Of a DNA stretch of 64,000 nt, positions 37,195 to 46,318 are shown one piece after another. The position numbers and the translations under genes are program-made. Within the stretch, counting starts at the first letter, position 1. Every line of letters begins with the position of its first letter. The stretch is from Acidobacteriota bacterium (GTDB taxonomy: Bacteria; Acidobacteriota; DATKUA01): the NCBI GenBank assembly GCA_035530855.1, contig DATKUA010000037.1:30333-94332 (forward strand). The letters are read 5' to 3'. Below the pieces are notes generated by a model. That model ran no database searches, was not told the origin of the DNA, and was given only the letters and a program-made list of their open reading frames with translations.

Positions 37195-37780
37195 CAGCCA
37201 CTCCTGACCCTTTTTTGACCAGTGGCAAAAGCACCTTCCTCATCTTCTGTACCGCCCGGTAGATATTCGTCTTTACTGTCGCTTCGGAGCTCTTGGTTGC
37301 GGCAGCGATCTCGCGTATCGAGAGCTGCGCAATGTGCTTCATTGCGAATGCCGTCCGCTGCGATTCCGGAAGCTCATCCATCGTGCGGCTCACCAAAGTG
37401 GAAATCTGCTCCGATGCCAGATTGCGCTCCGGATTACCCTTGGCATCGGGATTTTCCATCAGGTCGAAAACCTCCGTACCATCTTTATCGATCTCCGGCG
37501 CGGCTTCCTTTCTGCGGCGGCGTCTCAAATCGATTGATTTGTTGAAGGCTATCCTTAAAACCCAGGAGCCGAAGCCCTCCGGATGGCGCAGCCGATCGAT
37601 CGATCTCAAAGCCTGCAGCAGAGTATCCTGCAGCAGGTCCTCGGCATCGTGATGGTTGCCGACCACGCTGAGCACCGTGTAATAAATTTTCCGCTTGTAG
37701 CGCTCGGCAAGGAGCTGGAACGCCTCGATCTCATTGTTGCGCGCTCTGTCCACAAGCTCAGCGACGGTTGGTGCCATCAA
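37178..37780 (-). CDS. ECF-type RNA polymerase sigma factor (sigma-70 family, group 4)
   Basis: Region 2 is 'YKRKIYYTVLSVVGNHHDAEDLLQDTLLQALRSIDRLRHPEGFGSWVLRIAFNKSIDLRR'. Region 4 is 'ESQRTAFAMKHIAQLSIREIAAATKSSEATVKTNIYRAVQKMR'. Confidence 0.85.
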   Translation of the reverse strand: MMAPTVAELVDRARNNEIEAFQLLAERYKRKIYYTVLSVVGNHHDAEDLLQDTLLQALRSIDRLRHPEGFGSWVLRIAFNKSIDLRRRRRKEAAPEIDKDGTEVFDLMENPDAKGNPERNLASEQISTLVSRTMDELPESQRTAFAMKHIAQLSIREIAAATKSSEATVKTNIYRAVQKMRKVLLPLVKKGSGVADEQAS

Positions 37781-37903
37781 CCATTTCCTCCGCTAGTAAT
37801 ATAGTCGTGCGGGCAGGCCGAAAGTTTACAAGATAATTATCATTTGTCGTTAATAATACGATGGGAGGCAGCCGGTGGTTTCGTCAAAGATTGTGGCAGG
37901 AAG

Positions 37904-38335
37904 TCAAACAGCTTCTTCAACCAGGTCGCTCAATTCGAGGCGTTTGCAGTCTCCCCAAAGGCGCTCAAGATCATAGAACTCCCGCGATTGCGAGATGAAC
38001 ACATGGACAATGATGTCGCCGTAATCCATCAGGATCCAGGTCCCCGAGGTCATCCCCTCGACATGCCTCGGCTTTACTTTCATCTCTACCAGGCGGTCCG
38101 AGATCGACTCGGCTATGGTTTTGGTCTGCCTGGGATTCTGTCCCTCGCAGATGAAAAAATAGTCTGCGATACTGCTCTTCTCGCCAACCTTGAGGGCGAC
38201 GATGTCGAACGCCTTCTTTTCGCTCGCGCTTTCAGCTATAGCCTTCAGTTTGTCTTCAGTGTCGACGGCCGCTTGATTCAAAAGACTCCTCCTGTCTAAC
38301 AAGCTCCGGCTGTTCTTCTTTCTTTTGACGGTCAA
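37904..38335 (-). CDS. rsfS: Ribosomal silencing factor RsfS (Iojap-like)
   Basis: 'KKAFDIVALKVGEKSSIADYFFICEGQNPRQTKTIAESI...DYGDIIVHVF' matches RsfS. The start is probably an internal TTG near 38285, because the longest ORF overlaps the obg 3' end. Confidence 0.78.
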   Translation of the reverse strand: MTVKRKKNSRSLLDRRSLLNQAAVDTEDKLKAIAESASEKKAFDIVALKVGEKSSIADYFFICEGQNPRQTKTIAESISDRLVEMKVKPRHVEGMTSGTWILMDYGDIIVHVFISQSREFYDLERLWGDCKRLELSDLVEEAV

Positions 38336-39323
38336 GGATGGACAGCAGTTCCATCAACATTTCCTTTACACCAGATCCAGTCGCTGCCGAGATCACGAAA
38401 AAAGGCCTCTTCCGCTCCGCCGCCGCCGCCCGCAGATTTGCTATCCGTTCTTGCGGCGGATTGAGATCAGCTTTATTCGCCGCTACCACCTGGGGCTTCT
38501 CCGCGAGAGCGGCTTGGAACTGTCTGAGTTCCGCATCAATCGAGTCCATGGTCTCGACCGGGTCGCTTTCATTATCGCTGCCCACATCTACGATATGAAG
38601 CAGGACCTTTGTCCTCTCGATGTGGCGGAGGAATTTGTGACCCAGCCCGGCGCCTTCGTGTGCGCCCTCGATCAGACCCGGGATATCAGCAACGACGAAG
38701 CTCCGATTCCCGACAATTACCACCCCGAGCACAGGCACCCTTGTAGTGAATGGATAATCGGCAATCTTGGGCCTCGCCGCGGATATGGTGGCTGTCAGAG
38801 TGCTCTTGCCGGCATTGGGTTGGCCGATTATACCCACGTCAGCCAAGAGTTTAAGCTCCAGCTCAATCTCGCGCCTGACGCCCTCGCCCCCGGGCTGCGC
38901 CTTTCTTGGCGCGCGGTTGCGGGAAGTCGCGAAACAGGCATTGCCGAGTCCGCCTTTGCCGCCCTGCGCCGCGACAACCCTATCTCCATCGCCGTCAAGG
39001 TCGGCCAGGATCTCGCCAGTGACCACGTCGCGAACGATCGTCCCCGCGGGCACCCTGACGATTACATCTTCTCCCTCAGCACCAGCCCTCCTCCCACCGG
39101 AGCCATGCTGTCCCCTATCCGCTTTAATCAGGGCGTTCGCGCGTATATGGCTTAAGGTGGTCAATTGCGAGGTGGCCTCGAGAATAACGTGTCCGCCGCG
39201 GCCGCCGTTTCCGCCGTCGGGACCGCCTCGAGGCACGAACTTCTCACGTCGGAAGCTGACGCATCCGCGGCCGCCGTCTCCTGCACGCGCTGTAAACTTA
39301 AGCTGATCAAGAAACTCGCTCAA
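38256..39323 (-). CDS. obg: GTPase Obg/CgtA
   Basis: The Obg fold begins 'FLDQLKFTARAGDGGRGCVSFRREKFVPRGGPDGGNGGRGGHVIL'. The G-domain has 'GQPNAGKSTL', 'DIPGLIEGA' and 'NKADL'. Confidence 0.92.
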   Translation of the reverse strand: MSEFLDQLKFTARAGDGGRGCVSFRREKFVPRGGPDGGNGGRGGHVILEATSQLTTLSHIRANALIKADRGQHGSGGRRAGAEGEDVIVRVPAGTIVRDVVTGEILADLDGDGDRVVAAQGGKGGLGNACFATSRNRAPRKAQPGGEGVRREIELELKLLADVGIIGQPNAGKSTLTATISAARPKIADYPFTTRVPVLGVVIVGNRSFVVADIPGLIEGAHEGAGLGHKFLRHIERTKVLLHIVDVGSDNESDPVETMDSIDAELRQFQAALAEKPQVVAANKADLNPPQERIANLRAAAAERKRPFFVISAATGSGVKEMLMELLSILDRQKKEEQPELVRQEESFESSGRRH

Positions 39324-39467
39324 GATTCCTCATCCGAGGGTGCTGTTGTTACCGATGCATTGACAATATGGTACCACAGATTATCGCCCCAGGCTCACAC
39401 AACTATGCGGGAATACACGTGTACCAGCCTTTTCACGGGCTGGGAGGATGTCCGGAGCGAGCGTACG

Positions 39468-39722
39468 CTACTCGGGAACTACGGTTACGAACTTGCCCAT
39501 GCGGCCTTTGTTAACGAATTGAATATGGCCGTCAACGCGCGCAAAAAGAGTGTCGTCCTTGCCACGGCCTACGTTGAGTCCGGGCTTGAGGACTGTACCA
39601 CGTTGGCGGACGATGATCGACCCGCCGCGGACAAACTCTCCACCGAACCGCTTGACACCCAGAAACTGGGGGTTGCTGTCGCGGCCGTTCCGGGAGCTTC
39701 CCTGTCCTTTTTTATGGGCCAT
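39468..39722 (-). CDS. rpmA: 50S ribosomal protein L27
   Basis: '[43 protein letters not shown]' is the canonical L27 N-terminus. Confidence 0.92.
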   Translation of the reverse strand: MAHKKGQGSSRNGRDSNPQFLGVKRFGGEFVRGGSIIVRQRGTVLKPGLNVGRGKDDTLFARVDGHIQFVNKGRMGKFVTVVPE

Positions 39723-39725
39723 TTG

Positions 39726-40280
39726 CTATTCCTTCTTCTTCGGCTCAGCCTTCTTTTTGGCGGCTGCCGTCTTTGCCGGTGCCTTCTTCGTAGTCGCCTT
39801 TTTCGCCGGCGCTTTCTTAGCAGGCTTCTCAGCCTTTACAGGCTTGGCTGCGGCCTTCTTTACAGGTTTGTCAGGCTTTACTACAGCTTTCTTTGCAGGC
39901 TTCTCAGCCTTTGCTGGCTTGGCTGCGGCCTTCGGCTTTGCAGCTCCGGCTGCCTTACCGCCAATGCTTTCGATCTCCACCAGCAACTTTTTCTGGCGAT
40001 GACCTTGGGTCTTCTTGTAACCCTTGCGCTTCTTCTTCTTGAAGACAACAACCTTGTCGTCCTTCGCAATACTCACGACTCGGCCGGTCACGCTGGCACC
40101 GCTCACCGTCGGTGTCCCTACCTTTATGGCATCGCCTTCCTGCAGCAGAAGCACTTCGGAGAATGTAACCTCGGCGCCTTCTTCAACGTCGAGCAGTTCC
40201 ACGCTGATCCTGTCGCCCTGTTTTACCCGGTATTGCTTGCCGCCGGTGCTGATTACCGCTTGATTTTCCTGCTTTTCCAT
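39726..40280 (-). CDS. rplU: 50S ribosomal protein L21 with an ~80-aa Ala/Lys/Pro-rich C-terminal extension
   Basis: The N-terminal ~103 aa ('[23 protein letters not shown]...[14 protein letters not shown]') match L21. The tail '[29 protein letters not shown]...' is histone-H1-like low complexity. Confidence 0.85.
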   Translation of the reverse strand: MEKQENQAVISTGGKQYRVKQGDRISVELLDVEEGAEVTFSEVLLLQEGDAIKVGTPTVSGASVTGRVVSIAKDDKVVVFKKKKRKGYKKTQGHRQKKLLVEIESIGGKAAGAAKPKAAAKPAKAEKPAKKAVVKPDKPVKKAAAKPVKAEKPAKKAPAKKATTKKAPAKTAAAKKKAEPKKKE

Positions 40281-40302
40281 GTCAACTCTCTCAGTTAGCG
40301 AG

Positions 40303-40373
40303 CGGCACTAAATATCACCCCCGGCGTGGTATGTCAAGAGCGGAAGCGAATCCGACGGCTTGATTTAGTGCCG
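40303..40373 (-). promoter_or_regulatory. Structured 5' leader of the rplU-rpmA operon: an 11-bp inverted repeat enclosing ~50 nt. It is a candidate ribosomal-protein autoregulatory leader.
   Basis: CGGCACTAAAT at 40303-40313 pairs with ATTTAGTGCCG at 40363-40373. The structure lies 23 nt upstream of the rplU start codon on the minus strand. Confidence 0.3.
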
Positions 40374-40444
40374 TCTTAAAATATAATCCATATTTACTGA
40401 ATAGTAAGAAATCATTACTCTTTTTCAACGGTTAAGGAGGAACC

Positions 40445-41770
40445 ATGGAATATCCCTTTCTCGAGGTTCCGCTCTTGGGTGGAGGCTTGCTGATCGGCGT
40501 GATCGCGATCGTTCACGTCTTCGTCAGCCATTTCGCCGTCGGCGGCGGCCTGTATCTCGTGCTGACGGAGCTCAAGGGCTACCGGGAGAAGAACGAGGCA
40601 ATCATCAACTATGTAAAGAAACACTCGATTTTCTTCATTCTCCTGACGCTGGTCTTTGGGGCCGTCACCGGAGTGGGCATCTGGTTTTCCATCGGGCTGG
40701 TTCATCCGATGGGAACCTCGGCGTTGATCCACGCCTTCGTTTGGGCCTGGGCTATCGAGTGGGTCTTCTTCTTCATCGAGATCGCAGCGGCTTTCATCTA
40801 CTACTACTCCTGGGACCGCGTAAACCGGAAAACCCACCTGGCAATCGGCTGGATCTACTTCGGCTCGGCATGGATGAGCCTGGTAATCATCAACGGCATC
40901 CTGACCTTCATGCTGACACCCGGCGCCTGGCTGCAAACGCACGCCTTCTGGGACGGGATATTCAATCCGACATTCTTCGTGTCGGTGCTGATCAGGACTG
41001 CGGTTGCCGTCATTCTCGCCGGACTCTACGGCCTTTTGACCGCCGCCTGGATCAAGGGCGACGACGATAACCGCGCTTTGATGATCAGGTACAATTCCAA
41101 ATGGCTGCTTTTCGGTTTTCTCTTCCTGGCGATTGTGGGGCCGTTCTTCGTTACCAGTATTCCGCCGTTGGCGCGCCACATCAGCATGGGAGGCGCCGCA
41201 GCGGTTACGCTTTTCGCCGCCGCTTCTGTTGCTTTCTCGGCTTTGATAGCGATTTTCACCTACTTCGGGCCTTACAGGCAGCCGCGCCAATTTTCAGTCA
41301 GCTTCGCCCTGCTGTTCATGATCCTGGGATTGATGGTAACCGGCGTGACCGAGTGGACCCGGGAGGCGGTGCGCAAGCCGTTTATCATCTACGACTATAT
41401 GTACTCGAATGGCTTACCGGGGGAGTTCTATCCCGATTCCGAAGCTATCCTGGCTAAATACCAGGCGGAGGGATTGCTGCCCAATTACAAGTGGTCGACT
41501 GTCGGTGAAGTCCGTGAAGACAATATCATGGAAGCCGGCCGGGAACTTTTCCGCATCCAGTGCGAGCAGTGCCACACCGTCGGCGGCTACAACGGCATCA
41601 AGCCGTTGGTATTCGGCTGGAGCCCGGTGCGGCTCTTCCGCGAAGTTCCCGACATCCACAATCTCAAGCCCTATATGCCTCCGAGCTACGGCCGCGAGGA
41701 GGAGCACCGCGCCCTTGCGCTATGGCTGAAATCGCTCAATGAGGAGCCCGAAGTGGAGGTGAAGCAATGA
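40445..41770 (+). CDS. Cytochrome bd oxidase subunit I (CydA)-like membrane protein with a C-terminal fused mono-haem cytochrome c domain (CXXCH) and no long Q-loop
   Basis: I compared it with E. coli CydA from memory. 'HVFVSHFAVGGGLY' aligns with the 'MYHFLFVPLTLG' haem-ligand region. 'LVFGAVTGVGIWFSIG' aligns with 'FALGVATGLTMEFQFG'. 'AIEWVFFFIEIAAAFIYYYSWDRV' aligns with '[25 protein letters not shown]'. The C-terminal soluble domain carries 'CEQCH' and a downstream Met. Confidence 0.7.
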   Translation: MEYPFLEVPLLGGGLLIGVIAIVHVFVSHFAVGGGLYLVLTELKGYREKNEAIINYVKKHSIFFILLTLVFGAVTGVGIWFSIGLVHPMGTSALIHAFVWAWAIEWVFFFIEIAAAFIYYYSWDRVNRKTHLAIGWIYFGSAWMSLVIINGILTFMLTPGAWLQTHAFWDGIFNPTFFVSVLIRTAVAVILAGLYGLLTAAWIKGDDDNRALMIRYNSKWLLFGFLFLAIVGPFFVTSIPPLARHISMGGAAAVTLFAAASVAFSALIAIFTYFGPYRQPRQFSVSFALLFMILGLMVTGVTEWTREAVRKPFIIYDYMYSNGLPGEFYPDSEAILAKYQAEGLLPNYKWSTVGEVREDNIMEAGRELFRIQCEQCHTVGGYNGIKPLVFGWSPVRLFREVPDIHNLKPYMPPSYGREEEHRALALWLKSLNEEPEVEVKQ

Positions 41771-42897
41771 GCTGGTTATTTACCGCGCTTCAGGTGCTGC
41801 CGCAGGCCGATCCGCTACCGCTCCCAGCCAGTCCCTGGATCTTCCTTTTCCTCCTGCACCTGACGTTCTCCCTGCATCTGATCGCCATGAATCTTACCAT
41901 CGGCGGCTCTCTTCTACTGACTGCCTCTTCGTTCCGCCGCTCGGAAAACTTGGAGAAACTCAGCGGATTTTTATCCAAGTTCCTGCCGTTCTCCCTGTCT
42001 TTCACGATCACTCTCGGCGTGGCGCCGTTGTTGTTCATACAGGTGCTCTACGGCCAGCTTTTCTTCACCACCTCGATTCTGATGGGCTGGTGGTGGCTGA
42101 TGATCCTGCTGTTCCTGATGATCGCCTATTACAGCCTCTATCTTTACCAGCACAAGCGGGACAAGTGGCCGATCGTTAGAACCTGGGCGCCGTTGATCAG
42201 TGTGGTGCTGATGGTGATCATAGCGCTGTTGTTCGTGATGAACTTCAAGCTGCTTTGCCGCTTTGCCGAGTGGAAAGAGATCTACACTAGCGGCGCGTCG
42301 GGCTGGTTTCTCAATTTCGGCCATCCCCTGGTCTTCCCCACCTGGATCCACCACCTCCTCGCTGCGGTAGCCATCGGTGGCATTCTCTTGATCCTCCACG
42401 GCTGGGGTCGCCGGAGCAGGGATCTGTCTTATGCGGACTGGGCGGCACGGACGGGTGGAATCATGTTCGTCGTGCCGACTTTTATCCAATTCGCTGCCGG
42501 TTACTGGATGCTGAAAGTGCTGCCGCACCAATTGCTTAAGGCCTACATGTTCGGCAGCGTTTTTGAGACCGCCATTTTGTTCATCGGCATGGCCACGGGA
42601 ACACTGGCCGCGCTGCTGATCGCCTGGGTTGCCTGGAAGAGGCGTTACGGCTGGCCCGTCCTGATTTCGCTGGTCCTGATCGCGGCGACCACGGCGCTGA
42701 TGGTGATTAAGAGGGCCATGGTTCGTGAAGCTTTGCTGGCCGATCTCAAGGGATTCGACATCTCGGCTATGCCTGTTGCGCCGCAGTGGGATACCATCGC
42801 CATTTTCGCTGTGCTACTTGTCGGCGGTCTAGCCGTCGTGGGCTGGATGCTCTACGTCCTTTTCCGCGGTAAAAAGGATGTCGACGAGGCGGCATAA
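41767..42897 (+). CDS. Polytopic membrane protein, probable second subunit (CydB-equivalent) of the bd-like oxidase
   Basis: Its start overlaps the upstream stop as ATGA. It has ~9 predicted TM helices and several Trp/His in the helices. I see no recognisable motif beyond this context. Confidence 0.45.
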   Translation: MSWLFTALQVLPQADPLPLPASPWIFLFLLHLTFSLHLIAMNLTIGGSLLLTASSFRRSENLEKLSGFLSKFLPFSLSFTITLGVAPLLFIQVLYGQLFFTTSILMGWWWLMILLFLMIAYYSLYLYQHKRDKWPIVRTWAPLISVVLMVIIALLFVMNFKLLCRFAEWKEIYTSGASGWFLNFGHPLVFPTWIHHLLAAVAIGGILLILHGWGRRSRDLSYADWAARTGGIMFVVPTFIQFAAGYWMLKVLPHQLLKAYMFGSVFETAILFIGMATGTLAALLIAWVAWKRRYGWPVLISLVLIAATTALMVIKRAMVREALLADLKGFDISAMPVAPQWDTIAIFAVLLVGGLAVVGWMLYVLFRGKKDVDEAA

Positions 42898-42914
42898 AAA
42901 CTTGGATCTCTTGC

Positions 42915-42970
42915 AGGCCGGCTTCAATCTCGCGAGTAGAACTTTGATGGAGGCCGGCCTTTCTTTTTAT
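42915..42970 (+). terminator. Candidate rho-independent terminator after the bd-like oxidase operon
   Basis: AGGCCGGC at 42915-42922 pairs with GCCGGCCT at 42953-42960 around a long loop. TTCTTTTTAT follows directly. Confidence 0.45.
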
Positions 42971-43044
42971 AAGCTCGAGCGTCTACTATGACTTGCGAGC
43001 CGAGCCAGGCACCCCTATAATCGCCGCACTCTGGAGGGCGAGAA

Positions 43045-44340
43045 ATGGCATTTGCGGAGGTAAGAGAACTCAAGGAACACGTCGGCCGGGAAATCACCGT
43101 TCGAGGCTGGCTCTACAACAAGCGCAAGGGAGGCAAAATACGCTTCCTGGTCGTGCGCGACGGCACCGGCTTGGTCCAGTGCGTCGTCAGCAAGGGCGAC
43201 GTCACCGATGAGGTCTTTGCCCTCACCGACATATTGACCCAGGAGTCCTCACTCAAGGTCACCGGAATCGTGCATGAGGATCCCCGCTCGCCCGGCGGTT
43301 ACGAGTTGTCCGTTACCAACATCGAGGCTGTAACGATATCCGACGAGTACCCGATCACTCCCAAGGAACACGGCGCCGAGTTCCTGCTCAACCACCGTCA
43401 CCTATGGATCCGCTCGAGCCAACAGCACGCCATTCTGCGCGTTCGGCACGCGCTGATCCGGGCCTGCCGCAACTACTACGACGACCGCGGCTACACGCTG
43501 GTCGACTCGCCGATGTTGACACCCGCCGCCTGCGAGGGCACCACGACACTTTTCGAGACCGATTATTTTGGTGAGAAAGCGTATCTGACCCAGAGCGGCC
43601 AGCTATATTCCGAGTCCACCTGCATGAGCTTTGGCAAGGTCTACTGCTTCGGGCCGACCTTCCGCGCTGAGAAAAGCAAGACACGCCGCCACCTCACCGA
43701 GTTCTGGATGATCGAGCCGGAAATCGCCTGGATGGAATTCGACGAACTGATGGATCTTTGCGAAGACTTTGTCAGCGAGATCATCAAGGAAGTCATTGAG
43801 CGCTGCCGCCCCGAACTCGAGTTGCTCGAGCGGGATATCGACAAGCTCGCCGCCGCCACGGAGCGTCCCTACCCGCGTATCTCGTACGACGATGCGATCA
43901 AGAAACTCCAGGCCGCCGGCAACAAGATCGAATGGGGCGGCGATTTCGGTGCTCCCGATGAAACTGTATTGACACAGGACGAAAGCAGGCCTGTGCTTGT
44001 GCACCGCTGGCCTGAAGAGATCAAGGCATTCTACATGGAGCCCGATCCCGAGAATCCAAAGCTCATTCTCGGAGTCGACGTGCTTGCCCCGGAAGGCTAC
44101 GGCGAGATCATCGGCGGCAGCCAGCGCATCGGCGATCCTGATTTGCTGTTGAAGCGACTGGAGAAACACAACCTCCCGCTCGAGGCGTTCCGCTGGTACC
44201 ACGACATCCGCCGCTACGGCGGTGTACCCCACAGCGGCTTCGGCATGGGAATCGAACGCGTCGTCACCTGGATCTGCGGTATCCACCATCTGAGGGAGAC
44301 AATCCCTTTCCCCAGAACAATAAATCGCATTTATCCTTGA
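43045..44340 (+). CDS. asnS: Class II aminoacyl-tRNA synthetase of the Asn/Asp(archaeal-type) subfamily, most likely asparagine--tRNA ligase
   Basis: It is 431 aa long with an N-terminal OB anticodon-binding domain. Motif 2 is '[21 protein letters not shown]'. 'GGSQRI' and motif 3 '[10 protein letters not shown]' are present. The length and GGSQR favour AsnRS over bacterial AspRS. Confidence 0.75.
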   Translation: MAFAEVRELKEHVGREITVRGWLYNKRKGGKIRFLVVRDGTGLVQCVVSKGDVTDEVFALTDILTQESSLKVTGIVHEDPRSPGGYELSVTNIEAVTISDEYPITPKEHGAEFLLNHRHLWIRSSQQHAILRVRHALIRACRNYYDDRGYTLVDSPMLTPAACEGTTTLFETDYFGEKAYLTQSGQLYSESTCMSFGKVYCFGPTFRAEKSKTRRHLTEFWMIEPEIAWMEFDELMDLCEDFVSEIIKEVIERCRPELELLERDIDKLAAATERPYPRISYDDAIKKLQAAGNKIEWGGDFGAPDETVLTQDESRPVLVHRWPEEIKAFYMEPDPENPKLILGVDVLAPEGYGEIIGGSQRIGDPDLLLKRLEKHNLPLEAFRWYHDIRRYGGVPHSGFGMGIERVVTWICGIHHLRETIPFPRTINRIYP

Positions 44341-44422
44341 TTCCGCACTATCTTCAGGCTTGCCGGGTAATCCCGTGCTGAAGTAGACTATCCCCAATAA
44401 ATCCTGATCCCTGGAGGTTGTC

Positions 44423-46234
44423 ATGCGTCCAACAAGAGTTGTGACCCCGGTAATATCTTTTTTACTGGTCTTTGCGTTTATTGCGTCGGCGACTGAGAGA
44501 ACCACGGCCGAGGCTGTACCATTTGAGAAATACCTTCCCGATTCGACGATGATGGTTTTATCGGTAACCGATGTCGGAGCGCTGCGGGATCAATTATCCG
44601 ATCCCAAACTCCAGAGAATTTTCGAGTTGGTGGGACTAAGCTCCATCCTGGATGAATTCCATAACACAATCGCCGAGGAATTCAGCGACGAGACGGGGAT
44701 GGATCCTGCGGCGATGCTCGATGCTCTGACAGGAGATATCACGCTGGCCTTTCTCGACAGCAGCTTCATGGAATTGCCGCCGAAGATCGTGGTCTTCGCC
44801 AAGGTCGATCCCGAGCGCTTCCCCTTTCAAGAACTCGTTGATCTGGCAATTAAACAGGAAGGGGAAGACAGCGCTGAATTCCAGGATATGGGCGGCGTGC
44901 CAGTCCTAGTAGTCGGCAAGCAAGCCGCGTTCGCACAAAAAGGCGATCATGTCTTTCTCGCCTCGAGTCCCGACGCGATGCGCGCTGCATTAAAGCCCGA
45001 GAAGGCCCTCGCCGATTCGCCGATGTTCAGCCGCCATCGTGAAATGACCAAGATGTCCAGCGGCGTAGTGGCCTACGTAAACGTCGCCATGTTCCTCGAG
45101 CGGCTCAAGCCATTCCTGCCTTCGCCGGACAGCGAGAAAGGCCGGGAAGTCGATTTGTTCTTCGAAATGTTCGGCCTCAAGCAAATCACTTCGGTTTCAT
45201 TGATGGCGTCATTTAAGGAAAACGAGCCTTTCCGCCTCTTTATTCATGCACCGGGGTACAACGGAATAATCACGAAGTTTCTCTCTGATGAGCCAGTGGG
45301 CTTTGAATGTGCCGGCTACGTCCCGGCGGACTTCGAATCTTATTTCGCCATCTCCATCAGAAAGCCATCCGATATTTTTACCACCATCCTAGAGATTGCG
45401 GAGCAATTCAATCCTGCAATGAAGGCCGCCGATTTCGACGCCAACATCAAGCCGATAGAAGATGAGCTCGGCATTTCATTTAGAGACGATTTGATTGCGC
45501 CGCTGGGGACCAGAATCGGGGCTGGTGTGTGGCTCGATCCCGAAGCGGAGATGAATATCTTCGCCGGGCCGGAAGAGATCTTCAACTTCTTCCGCTTTGA
45601 GGTCTTTCTCACGCTAGACGATCCCGATCGATTTCTCACTGCAATGCAGGCGATCGCTGCAGCCAGCAACGGCATGCTTGCCGTCGAAAACTATCGCAGC
45701 GCGACCATTTTCTCAGCGCAGCCTCCGACGATGCCTTTCTCAGTCGATTTTGCAGTACACGGTAACAGCTTGTTGTTCTGCCTCGGCACCGAGCTGTTGA
45801 AAAACATCATTGACGCGACCGAATCGGGCAACACTCTCGACACAAGTACAGAGTTCAAAGAACGAACCGCACGCGTGTCTGATAATGCCTGGTACATTTC
45901 TTACACTTCCGACGCGTACTTGCAGAAATTTATCCGCGGATTCTTCAAACAAATTCTCATGATAAAGAGCGGTGACGAGGACAGCGCCTCGACGCTCATT
46001 GAAGCCATCCTGGATTTCACCGGGGAGCACACAGGAGGCGTTGCGTTTTCCTTCGCTGCCGCCGATGGGCTTTATTTTGAGGCCCTGATGCCGATGCGAG
46101 CCGGCATAGCCATGTTCCCTGTTTATTACTCTTGGTTCACTCTTGGATCACTTGATGAGGAGATCGACTGGGAACTTCAAGAAGAAGAGGAACCTGAGGG
46201 CGCGGAACCACCTGGGGTCCTTGAACCGAGGTAG
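44423..46234 (+). CDS. Secreted protein of unknown function (603 aa) with a cleavable signal peptide and an acidic C-terminal tail
   Basis: The signal peptide is 'VVTPVISFLLVFAFIASATERTTAEA'. I recognise no catalytic motifs. The tail is 'DEEIDWELQEEEEPEGAEPPGVLEPR'. Confidence 0.55.
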   Translation: MRPTRVVTPVISFLLVFAFIASATERTTAEAVPFEKYLPDSTMMVLSVTDVGALRDQLSDPKLQRIFELVGLSSILDEFHNTIAEEFSDETGMDPAAMLDALTGDITLAFLDSSFMELPPKIVVFAKVDPERFPFQELVDLAIKQEGEDSAEFQDMGGVPVLVVGKQAAFAQKGDHVFLASSPDAMRAALKPEKALADSPMFSRHREMTKMSSGVVAYVNVAMFLERLKPFLPSPDSEKGREVDLFFEMFGLKQITSVSLMASFKENEPFRLFIHAPGYNGIITKFLSDEPVGFECAGYVPADFESYFAISIRKPSDIFTTILEIAEQFNPAMKAADFDANIKPIEDELGISFRDDLIAPLGTRIGAGVWLDPEAEMNIFAGPEEIFNFFRFEVFLTLDDPDRFLTAMQAIAAASNGMLAVENYRSATIFSAQPPTMPFSVDFAVHGNSLLFCLGTELLKNIIDATESGNTLDTSTEFKERTARVSDNAWYISYTSDAYLQKFIRGFFKQILMIKSGDEDSASTLIEAILDFTGEHTGGVAFSFAAADGLYFEALMPMRAGIAMFPVYYSWFTLGSLDEEIDWELQEEEEPEGAEPPGVLEPR

Positions 46235-46257
46235 AGGAAGTAACCAATTTGACTTTA

Positions 46258-46293
46258 AGAGCCGGACTTCGCTCCGGCTTTTCTTTCATTTTA
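46258..46293 (+). terminator. Rho-independent terminator
   Basis: The stem AGCCGGA/TCCGGCT has a 6-nt loop and is followed by TTTCTTTCATTTT. Confidence 0.6.
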
Positions 46294-46318
46294 GCCAATA
46301 CCCGCAGCCGAAGTTATA

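Noticed and set aside
39165-40298. 377-aa + strand ORF, plus the 150-aa ORF at 39550-40002, overlapping rpmA and rplU
   Set aside because: They are antisense to highly conserved ribosomal protein genes. The Leu/Phe-rich product arises from the reverse complement of the Lys/Ala codons of the L21 tail.
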